Notes under the pieces: model-generated
Databases searched by the model: none
Told to the model about the DNA's origin: nothing
What the model saw: the letters and a program-made list of their open reading frames with translations, nothing else
DNA from: Flavobacteriales bacterium
GTDB taxonomy: Bacteria > Bacteroidota > Bacteroidia > Flavobacteriales_F > PHOS-HE28
Direction of reading: 5' to 3'
Assembly: GCA_031411095.1 (NCBI GenBank)
Contig: JANOAK010000022.1
Coordinates: 39,866-103,865 of the forward strand
DNA length: 64,000 bases
Translations under genes and position numbers: made by a program
In this document: positions 56,379 to 64,000 of the stretch, in pieces
How the letters are laid out: each line of letters begins with the position of its first letter
Position numbering within the stretch: position 1 is the stretch's first letter

Positions 56379-57107
56379 TCAGCGGCTGCGCAATAGCGAT
56401 ACGCCGTTCTCATCGGTGGTGAGCACTTCGCTCATGTGGTCGAAGAAGGGCCGGATGCTGCGGTATACCGCGTCCATGTGCGCGGGGAAGTCCGCGGAAA
56501 GCACTTCCCGGTCGGTGAACGGGTGGCGGAAGAGGAACTGGTTCCGGCGCAACAGGTCGATGCCGAGATGATCCTTGGAAAATCCTTTCGGCGCGGTCTT
56601 CAGGCCTTCCCCGATGATCTCCCCGAAGGTGTCGCGGAGCTTTTTCGCCTTCAGCAACTTCCGCCAGGTCAACAGGTCCTGGTCAATGTCCACGCGGATC
56701 CGCTTGAGGTCCGCAGGCTCTGGAGCGAAGAAGCCGCAGGCCACGAAGGAGCCGCCGGGCTTGAGGCGGAAGTTGTAGCCCCCGCGCAACGCAGGTTTCA
56801 CGCGACCAATGCTGCCCCCGAACCAGGTCTTGTATGGCGGCTTGTCCTTGTGGAAGCGGTTGTCGTTGTAGATCCGGTACATGCTCTCCTTTCCCGTATC
56901 GGTGGAAAGCCGGTCGTGCCTGCGCATGCGCTCGAGCAATGCATCGATCACGATGGCCACGTTGGCATGCGCGGACAGGTAGCGTTCCTTGTTCGCCTGG
57001 AACCAGTCGCGGTTGTTGTGGCGCTCGAGGTCCTTCAGGAAGTCCAGTGTGCTGGGGAGGACGCGCATGGTCATCGGCTGCTGCGGAGTGGTGCGCTTCA
57101 TGGTCAC
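56379..57107 (-). CDS. DUF2461 (TIGR02453) family protein
   Basis: [23 protein letters not shown]... conserved N-terminus of this family. Confidence 0.7.
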   Translation of the reverse strand: MTMKRTTPQQPMTMRVLPSTLDFLKDLERHNNRDWFQANKERYLSAHANVAIVIDALLERMRRHDRLSTDTGKESMYRIYNDNRFHKDKPPYKTWFGGSIGRVKPALRGGYNFRLKPGGSFVACGFFAPEPADLKRIRVDIDQDLLTWRKLLKAKKLRDTFGEIIGEGLKTAPKGFSKDHLGIDLLRRNQFLFRHPFTDREVLSADFPAHMDAVYRSIRPFFDHMSEVLTTDENGVSLLRSR

Positions 57108-57517
57108 CGCAGCTTCCTATCACCTTCGCCGATCGCCAGGTCGTTGATGCTCGCGTAGCGCTTGCGCATGTAGCCGAGATCGTCGAACTCCCAGTTCTCA
57201 TTGCCAAAGCTGCGGAACCAGTTGCCGGCCTCGTCGTGCCACTCGTACTCGAAGCGCACGGCAATGCGGTTCGCGGTGTGCGCCCAGTACTCCTTCTTCA
57301 AACGGTAGTCCAGTTCCTTTGCCCATTTGCGCTTCAGGAAGGCGATGATCGCTTCACGCCCGTTGATGAACTCGTTGCGGTTGCGCCACTCGCTGTCCGG
57401 TGTGTAGGCTTTTGCCACGCGCTCGGCATCCCTGCTGTTCCATGCGTCCTCCGCCATCTGGATCTTCTGCCGGGCGGTCTCTTCGGTGAATGGGGGGAGG
57501 GGTGGTCGGGGTTCCAT
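57104..57517 (-). CDS. DUF1348 (NTF2-like) family protein
   Basis: 137 aa. ...[26 protein letters not shown]... Start overlaps upstream stop (ATGA). Confidence 0.65.
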   Translation of the reverse strand: MEPRPPLPPFTEETARQKIQMAEDAWNSRDAERVAKAYTPDSEWRNRNEFINGREAIIAFLKRKWAKELDYRLKKEYWAHTANRIAVRFEYEWHDEAGNWFRSFGNENWEFDDLGYMRKRYASINDLAIGEGDRKLR

Positions 57518-57564
57518 AGGACAGGTAATGGAGGATGGTAGCGGGGTGCATTACGATGCGGTCC

Positions 57565-58209
57565 CTATTTCTTCAGCAGCTTGAACGCGTGGTTCCACTG
57601 GTTCCGTGCAAAGCCGGGAATGCACCACAGCATGCACAGCGGTTCGATCGCGCGTGCTCCTTCCACGCCCCCCATGTCCTCGCTCTCCCAACCGAACAGG
57701 TCGAGGATGGCGGTCACCTCCTTCTTGGCGCTCGCATCATTGCCACAAATGAACATGGTGGGCTTCACGCCGCCGAAGTCCGGGTTCACCATGAACGCAT
57801 TGCCCACGCTGTTGAAGGCCTTCACGAAGTTGGCCTTGGGGTTCACCTTCTGCAGGTGTTCCATCAAGCTTTCCTCAAGCGAGGTGAAGTAGTGCAGCAC
57901 ACCGTTGGTGGGCGGCGCGTCCGCGATGGGGTTGGTGGCATCGATCACGGTCTTGCCGGCGAGGTCCCCGCTGTCGCAGAGGCGGATCGCCGCCTCGGCT
58001 GCCGTGCCCTTGGTGACCAGCACGATGATGTCCGCCCATTTGGCCACCTCCTTGTGACTGCCCACGGCTCCCTCCGGGTTCTTGTCAAGCCAGTCGGCCA
58101 CCTTGTCCGGTGTGCGCGTGGCGATCATCACCGGATGGTCGTGCTTGAGGAATCCGCTGGCCAGCACCTGGCCCGCCATGCCGGTGCCAAGGATGCCGAT
58201 CTTCTTTTT
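57565..58209 (-). CDS. NADPH-dependent F420 reductase-like / NAD(P)-binding Rossmann oxidoreductase
   Basis: MKKKIGILGTGMAGQVLASGF... Rossmann motif. ORF extension to 58398 considered spurious. Confidence 0.65.
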   Translation of the reverse strand, partial: KKKIGILGTGMAGQVLASGFLKHDHPVMIATRTPDKVADWLDKNPEGAVGSHKEVAKWADIIVLVTKGTAAEAAIRLCDSGDLAGKTVIDATNPIADAPPTNGVLHYFTSLEESLMEHLQKVNPKANFVKAFNSVGNAFMVNPDFGGVKPTMFICGNDASAKKEVTAILDLFGWESEDMGGVEGARAIEPLCMLWCIPGFARNQWNHAFKLLKK

Positions 58210-58380
58210 CATGGTGGAATTGGTTCTGCGCTCCAAAGGTGGTGATGGGATCGATAAGCGTGATGGGCGCATTGATGACATTCGACAGGATTCCACCAGG
58301 CCCGCAATGCAACCGTTCATGTGATCCCAAGGCCCGTTCCACTGTCCTGCCCCATCTTGCCAGCGCAAACCCCTTCCCGT

Positions 58381-59271
58381 ATGGACCTGATCATCCAAGG
58401 CCTCAGCAAGACCTATGGCAACGGCGTGAAAGCGCTGGACAATGTGAGCCTCACCATTCCCACCGGCATGTTCGGCCTGCTTGGACCGAACGGCGCGGGC
58501 AAGAGCACGCTGATGCGGATCCTGGCCACGTTGCAGGAGGCCGACGCGGGCACCGTGAAGCTCGGCGAGATCGATGTGCTGAACGAGAAGGTCAAGGTGC
58601 GCCGGGTACTCAGTTACCTACCGCAGGAATTCGGTGTGTACCCCCGCGTGAGCGCCTACGAGATGCTGGACCATATTGCCCTCCTCAAAGGCGTTACCGC
58701 CAAAAGTGAGCGCAAGGCCTTGGTGGAGGCGCTCCTGCAGAAGGTGAACCTGTGGGACCAGCGCAAGCGTCGCCTCAGCGGCTTCAGCGGCGGCATGAAG
58801 CAGCGCTTCGGCATCGCGCAGTCGCTGATCGGTGAGCCCAAGCTCATCATCGTGGACGAGCCCACGGCCGGCCTCGATCCCGGCGAGCGTAACCGTTTCT
58901 ACAACCTGCTCACGGAGATCGGCGAGAACGTGGTGGTGATCCTGAGCACGCACATCGTGCAGGACGTGCAGGAGCTCTGCAACAACATGGCCATCATAAA
59001 CAAGGGAAAGCTGCTGTATGCCGGCGCCCCGAACGACGCGCTGAAAGGCCTCGCAGGAAAGGTGTGGGAGAAGAGCATCGCGAAGAGCGACCTGGAGCGC
59101 TTCATGGCCTCCGGCACATTGATCAGCAACAAGCTCGTGGCCGGCAAGCCCGTGATCCACGTGCTCGGTGCGCAGCGCCCCGAGGATGGCTTCATCACTG
59201 TGGAGCCCAGTCTGGAGGATGTGTTCTTCAGCCACATCCACGGTTCCACCAACGCACTGGTGAACGCATGA
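58381..59271 (+). CDS. ABC transporter ATP-binding protein
   Basis: Walker A GPNGAGKST, signature LSGGMKQR, Walker B LIIVDEPTAGLD. Confidence 0.9.
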   Translation: MDLIIQGLSKTYGNGVKALDNVSLTIPTGMFGLLGPNGAGKSTLMRILATLQEADAGTVKLGEIDVLNEKVKVRRVLSYLPQEFGVYPRVSAYEMLDHIALLKGVTAKSERKALVEALLQKVNLWDQRKRRLSGFSGGMKQRFGIAQSLIGEPKLIIVDEPTAGLDPGERNRFYNLLTEIGENVVVILSTHIVQDVQELCNNMAIINKGKLLYAGAPNDALKGLAGKVWEKSIAKSDLERFMASGTLISNKLVAGKPVIHVLGAQRPEDGFITVEPSLEDVFFSHIHGSTNALVNA

Positions 59272-62200
59272 TCGCGCGCTTCTTCCTCTTCGAGGTTCGC
59301 TATTGGCTCCGGCAGCCGATGGTGTACATCTTCCTGCTGATCAATGCGCTGCTCGTATTCGGCGCGGTGACCACGGAGAACGTGAACATCGGTGGGGGCA
59401 CCGGTAACGTCTTCAAGAACGCGCCGTTCGTGGCATATCAATTCTACGGGGTCATGTCCTTCATCGGCTTGTTGATGGTGACGGCCTTTGTGAACGGCAC
59501 CGCGATCCGCGATTTCAACAGCAACACGGCGCAGATCGTCTTCTCCACGCCCGTGTCCAAGGCCGGTTACCTGGTCGGCAAGTTCCTCGGGAGCACCTTC
59601 GTTGCGACCCTTCCGTTGCTCGGCGTAACGCTCGGTATGCTCGTGGGCAGCGTGATGCCCTGGCTCGATCCCATCCGCGTGGGGCCGAACATCCTGGGCG
59701 CGCACCTGCAGGCCTTCGTGGTCATCGCCCTGCCCAACGTGCTCTTCAGCGCCGCGATCATCTTCGCCGTGGCCGTGCTCGTGCGCACCACCATGGCCTC
59801 GTTCATCACGGCCATCGCGCTGATCGTCGGCTACTCCGTTGCAGGCAGCTTCATCACCGACATCGAGAACGAAACGCTCGGAGCCATGCTGGATCCCTTC
59901 GGCAGCGCCGCCTTGGACCTCGTGACCAAATACTGGACGGTGGAGGACAAGAACACCTTGCTGCTTCCCAGTGGAGGCCTGCTCCTATGGAACCGCCTGC
60001 TGTGGATCGGTGTTTCGGCGATGATCTTCCTGGTCGGCTATTTCCGCTTCTCCTTCACCGAACGGGTGCAGAAGGCGAAGGCCCCGAACGGCGACGCCGA
60101 TACGCCACCCGCCTTTGCATCGGTCGCCCTCCCGCACACCTCCCTCGACTTTTCGGCCCGGGCTGCACGCCGACAGTTCCGGACCCTATTCGCCAGTGAC
60201 ATCAAGGGCATCCTCCTGAGCACGCCCTTCATCATCATCATCACGCTCGGCCTGCTGCAGCTCTTCACGTCACTGGCATTCGTCACCAGCATGTACGGCA
60301 ATACCACCTATCCGGTCACCTACAGCGTGGTGGACCTGATGCGTGGTTCGCTCTTCATCTACCTCATGATCATCGTCACGTTCTACGGCGGCCAACTCGT
60401 GTGGAAGGAGCGTGATCCGGGCATAGATGGTATCACCAACGCGCTGCCGATGCCTACGCGCATCGGCCTGCTCGCGAAGCTGTCGGCGCTGATCTGCGTG
60501 GTGTTCGTGGTCCATCTCGTGGGTACGGGGGCGGGTATGATCACGCAGTTGATCCATGGCTACACACGGCTGCAGCCCTTGGTCTATCTCACCTATTTCA
60601 TCATTCCGGGCACGCTCACCTTCATCCTGTGGGCGGTGCTGGCCTTCCTTGTGCATATCCTGGTTAACAACAAGTACCTCGGCTTCTTCGTGTTCATCGT
60701 GGTGGTGGTGCTCAACATCTTCGCCTGGAGCGCGGTGGATGTGGAGTCGAACCTGGCCATCCTGAACAGCAGCTCAGGCCTGATGTATTCGGACATGAAC
60801 GGCTTCGGCCCGTATCTTAAGGGGTGGCTGTTCTTCAAAGCCTACTGGCTGGCGTTCGCAGCCGTGACGGTCTTCGTGGCCTACCTCTTCCTGTTGCGCG
60901 GCAACGACACCACCTTCCGTTGGCGCTGGCACGAGGCGAAGGAACGCCTGGCGGGATCGAAGGCGATGGCGTTCGGCCTGGTCGGGCTGTGGGTGTTGCT
61001 CGGTGCCTGGGGTGTGTACAACACCAAGTTCATGAACACCTACACCACCAGCGATGAGGCCGAGCAGCAGCGCGTGGACTATGAGAGGACCTACAAGCGC
61101 TACGAGCACATGGTGCAGCCGCATTACACGGCGGTGGACTTCATCATCGACCTGGTGCCGGAGGAACGTGCCATGACCTACACCGCGGAGATCACCCTGA
61201 AGAACAAGAGCACCGAGGCGATCGACACGCTCTACTTCAATGTGCCCGGTGACATGGACCCCGTGCTGGAGATCCCGAACGCAACGCTTGTGCTGAACGA
61301 CACTGTGCTGGACCAACGGATGTACCGCCTGTCGCCGGCCATGCAACCTGGCGCGGAGAGCGCCATCACCATCCGGGGCGGATGGAGGCAAAAAGGCTTC
61401 GCGAACGATGTGGAGTTCACGGGGCTGGTGAATAACGGCTCCTTCTTCAACAACATGGCGTTGTTGCCTTCGATCGGCTACAGTGCTGGTGGCGAGCTCA
61501 CCGACCGCGCCGACCGACGGAAATATGACCTGCCCCCCAACGACCGGATGCCCAAGCTTACGGCCGATCCCGTGCAGCGCATGCAGAACTACCTGATGGC
61601 GAACAGCGACTGGGTGAACGTGCGCACCACCATCAGCACCGCGCCGGAGCAGATCGCCATCGCGCCCGGAAGTCTTCGCAAAGAGTGGAGCGCCAATGGC
61701 CGCAGGTACTTCAGCTACGAACTGGATCATCCGTCATTGAACTTCTATTCCTTCATGAGCGCCCGCTATGAAGTGGCCCGCGAGAAATGGAACCCTTCGA
61801 CAGGCTCAGGCCAGTCCGTCGACCTGGAGGTCTATTACCAGAAGGAGCACGGTGTGAACGTGCCGCGCATGCTGAACTCCATGAAGAAGTCGCTCACCTA
61901 TTACAGCGAGCACTTCGGGCCCTACCGCCACAAGCAGGCGCGCATCATCGAGTTCCCGCGGTATGCCTCGTTCGCCCAGGCCTTCCCCGGCACCATGCCG
62001 TACAGCGAGAGCATCGGCTTCATCACGGACCTCACGGCGGAGGAGGACATCGACATGGTGTTCTATGTGGTGGCGCACGAGATGGGGCACCAATGGTGGG
62101 CGCACCAGGTGATGGGCGCCGAGATGCAGGGCAGCACCATGCTCAGCGAGAGCATGGCCCAGTTCAGCGCGCTGATGGTGATGGAGAAGGAGTACGGCAA

Positions 62201-62870
62201 GGCGCACATGCGCAAGTTCCTCAAGGACGAGGGCGACAAGTACCAGAACGCCCGTGGATCCGAGGCCATTGGCGAAACGCCATTGATGTACGTGGAGAAC
62301 CAGGGATACATCCACTACAACAAGGCGAGCGTGGTGCTCTATGGCATGCGCGACTTCCTCGGCGAGGACACGCTCAACAAGGCCTTCCGTGCGCTGGTGG
62401 ATTCCTTCGGCTATGCGGAACCGCCCTGGCCCACGGCGCTGGACATGGTCCGCGAGATCCGCAAAGTGACGCCCGACAGCCTCACCTACCTGCTGGAGGA
62501 CAACTTCAAGTACATCACGCTATATAACAACGCCATCACCAGCGCCACGGCGAAGATGAACGCGGACAGCAGCTGGACCGTGAACGTGGCCATCACGGCG
62601 GACAAGGTGCACGCCGACTCACTGGGCAAGGAGACCAAAGTCCCTGTGAACGACTGGATGGACATTGCGCTGGAACGCAAGCCGGCCTTTGGGAAGAACG
62701 CGAACAAGGAACTGAACGATGTGCCGCTGATGCAGCAACGTGTGAAGCTGCATACCGGAGAGAACACCTTCACCTTTACCATACCAGCGAAACCGATGGC
62801 CGTGGTGCTCGACCCCGATCACCTGTTCTTCGATCGACTTCCGGAGGATGAAAGGAAGAAGGTGGATTGA
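59268..62870 (+). CDS. ABC-2 type permease fused to M1-family aminopeptidase domain (~1200 aa)
   Basis: ATG overlaps the ATPase stop (ATGA). N-terminal ~560 aa with ≥10 TM segments. C-terminal M1 zinc motif VVAHEMGHQWWAH…LSESMAQF. Confidence 0.85.
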   Translation: MIARFFLFEVRYWLRQPMVYIFLLINALLVFGAVTTENVNIGGGTGNVFKNAPFVAYQFYGVMSFIGLLMVTAFVNGTAIRDFNSNTAQIVFSTPVSKAGYLVGKFLGSTFVATLPLLGVTLGMLVGSVMPWLDPIRVGPNILGAHLQAFVVIALPNVLFSAAIIFAVAVLVRTTMASFITAIALIVGYSVAGSFITDIENETLGAMLDPFGSAALDLVTKYWTVEDKNTLLLPSGGLLLWNRLLWIGVSAMIFLVGYFRFSFTERVQKAKAPNGDADTPPAFASVALPHTSLDFSARAARRQFRTLFASDIKGILLSTPFIIIITLGLLQLFTSLAFVTSMYGNTTYPVTYSVVDLMRGSLFIYLMIIVTFYGGQLVWKERDPGIDGITNALPMPTRIGLLAKLSALICVVFVVHLVGTGAGMITQLIHGYTRLQPLVYLTYFIIPGTLTFILWAVLAFLVHILVNNKYLGFFVFIVVVVLNIFAWSAVDVESNLAILNSSSGLMYSDMNGFGPYLKGWLFFKAYWLAFAAVTVFVAYLFLLRGNDTTFRWRWHEAKERLAGSKAMAFGLVGLWVLLGAWGVYNTKFMNTYTTSDEAEQQRVDYERTYKRYEHMVQPHYTAVDFIIDLVPEERAMTYTAEITLKNKSTEAIDTLYFNVPGDMDPVLEIPNATLVLNDTVLDQRMYRLSPAMQPGAESAITIRGGWRQKGFANDVEFTGLVNNGSFFNNMALLPSIGYSAGGELTDRADRRKYDLPPNDRMPKLTADPVQRMQNYLMANSDWVNVRTTISTAPEQIAIAPGSLRKEWSANGRRYFSYELDHPSLNFYSFMSARYEVAREKWNPSTGSGQSVDLEVYYQKEHGVNVPRMLNSMKKSLTYYSEHFGPYRHKQARIIEFPRYASFAQAFPGTMPYSESIGFITDLTAEEDIDMVFYVVAHEMGHQWWAHQVMGAEMQGSTMLSESMAQFSALMVMEKEYGKAHMRKFLKDEGDKYQNARGSEAIGETPLMYVENQGYIHYNKASVVLYGMRDFLGEDTLNKAFRALVDSFGYAEPPWPTALDMVREIRKVTPDSLTYLLEDNFKYITLYNNAITSATAKMNADSSWTVNVAITADKVHADSLGKETKVPVNDWMDIALERKPAFGKNANKELNDVPLMQQRVKLHTGENTFTFTIPAKPMAVVLDPDHLFFDRLPEDERKKVD

Positions 62871-62879
62871 GCGCGCCGA

Positions 62880-64000
62880 CTATTCGCGAACGAAGCGATC
62901 GGTCAGGGAACGCCCGTCAGCGAATAGGATCCGCACGGCCCACACTCCGGGCACGAGCGCCTGTGTGTTGAGGCTATTGGAGGAGAGCAGAGGCAGCACG
63001 GCCATCCGGCCGGTGGCATCAACGGCCTGTGCCTGAACGACGGCGCTCTCGGCATGAACGTAGAGGCGATCACCCCCCGGGTTGGGGTGGAATACGAATG
63101 AGGCAGCGGCCTGTTCCGCGGCTCCCACGTTCAGCACCACCAGCACGGTGTCCGACGTCCACGTACAGCCGTAGTTATCAGTGACCTCCGCGAAGTAGTT
63201 CCCAGTGAACGGCGCGATGGTGGAGGCACTGTCCACGCCACTGAGCGCCTGGCCATCGACGTACCACTGCCACGCCGTACCACCATCGATCCAGAGCGAG
63301 TCGTTGAGCACGTGAACGGCATATCCCGGATCCGTCGCTTCTCCGACGAATACCGTATCGACGATCACCTGGCCCAGGCTGTCCGACACCTCCACGATGT
63401 AGGGACCGACGCAGAGACCCTGCTGATCGGCCGTGGTGGAACCGGTGTTCCAGAGATAGGAGAAGGGCGCCCGGCCGTTCACGTAAGTGGTGATCGAACC
63501 ATCACAGGTACCGGGACAGGTGGGGGTCACAACAAGGCTCACATCGAAGGTGGTGTCAATGCCAAAGACCATCATCGCATCACCGTTACCCGTGTCATCG
63601 ATGGTATTTCCACCATAGGTGATGGGCCCGAAGTAGTAGCCGCCGAAGAAGAGCCGGTGCGGCGCCTCGGCCTGCCGATGGACGCACAAGGGAATGTCAC
63701 GTTGGTATCCGCTCGGTCGTGCGACCCAGGCGATATCGCCGTCGGCCTCCACCTTGGCGATCAATGCATCCTCGCCGCCGAGCGCCGTGAGCGGCGTTCC
63801 GAAGAAGTCGATGGTGTTGTTGAAATGGGCGGACATGTATGCATTCCCGATGCCATCGGTGGTCACGCTCCATGCCACGTCCCGTTGCGGGGAACCCGTG
63901 CTCTTTCCCCAACGGAACACGCCCTGGTGATCAAGCCCGAGCAGGACGATGTCGTCGTTGCCGCTTACCGAGGTGAGCGTATCGCCAGGAAGCTCCATCG
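62880..64000 (-). CDS. secreted protein with T9SS C-terminal sorting domain (N-terminus beyond window end)
   Basis: Minus-strand ORF reaches the window edge. C-terminal …FHPNPGGDRLYVHAES…GVWAVRILFADGRSLTDRFVRE is a CTD. Confidence 0.6.
   Translation of the reverse strand, partial: MELPGDTLTSVSGNDDIVLLGLDHQGVFRWGKSTGSPQRDVAWSVTTDGIGNAYMSAHFNNTIDFFGTPLTALGGEDALIAKVEADGDIAWVARPSGYQRDIPLCVHRQAEAPHRLFFGGYYFGPITYGGNTIDDTGNGDAMMVFGIDTTFDVSLVVTPTCPGTCDGSITTYVNGRAPFSYLWNTGSTTADQQGLCVGPYIVEVSDSLGQVIVDTVFVGEATDPGYAVHVLNDSLWIDGGTAWQWYVDGQALSGVDSASTIAPFTGNYFAEVTDNYGCTWTSDTVLVVLNVGAAEQAAASFVFHPNPGGDRLYVHAESAVVQAQAVDATGRMAVLPLLSSNSLNTQALVPGVWAVRILFADGRSLTDRFVRE

Noticed and set aside
59064-59267. 5' extension of the permease-peptidase ORF to 59064
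   Set aside because: Overlaps the ABC ATPase gene in another frame. The ATG at 59268 overlapping the ATPase stop gives a typical ABC-2 permease N-terminus.

Overview
High-GC (~60%) Bacteroidota-type chromosomal window; Bacteroidota marker families (T9SS C-terminal sorting domains, TonB-dependent receptor with DUF4249 partner, TPR-type sensor kinase with LuxR regulator) support this. Gene density is high and most genes are housekeeping or envelope functions.

Main features by position:
- RNase P RNA (rnpB) and thioredoxin reductase (trxB) near the start.
- TonB-dependent receptor with DUF4249 lipoprotein, then a LuxR-family response regulator and a TPR sensor kinase.
- tRNA-Pro(GGG) whose 3' end plus terminator is duplicated about 240 bp downstream, resembling an integration scar.
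- Two M1 aminopeptidases; the second is fused to an ABC-2 permease.
- Fused E1 alpha/beta 2-oxoacid dehydrogenase.
- Two paralogous hybrid sensor kinases in tandem, each with a LuxR helix-turn-helix fragment upstream.
- typA/bipA, dinB, osmC, and a glycerol cluster (glpF-glpK, glpD).
- Several T9SS-targeted secreted proteins.

The standout is a complete minimal type II-C CRISPR-Cas locus at about 22.3-28.9 kb. cas9 (1335 aa), cas1 and cas2 sit on the minus strand. A 13-repeat array (36-bp repeats, 29-30-bp spacers) lies downstream of cas2. A tracrRNA is predicted on the plus strand, divergent from cas9: a 15-nt perfect anti-repeat, a nexus-like AAGGCUAUAAGCC, and a GC hairpin with a U-tract. 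The pairing geometry implies the array is transcribed on the plus strand, from an AT-rich leader at its left end toward cas2.

The locus is bracketed by non-coding repeat blocks. To its right, a 1.4-kb gene-free stretch carries a 63-bp minisatellite.

Other unusual non-coding structure:
- At least three dispersed short repeat families, plus a looser repeat block left of the array.
- A DUF559 endonuclease-like gene embedded in four hairpin-forming ~95-bp repeats.
- Two heptanucleotide microsatellites flanking a DUF360 holin-like gene.
- A perfect 10-4-10 palindrome upstream of a small LuxR-HTH ORF.
- A frameshifted esterase.

No integrase, transposase or phage structural genes were recognised. 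All functional calls rest on motif recognition by eye, not database searches.
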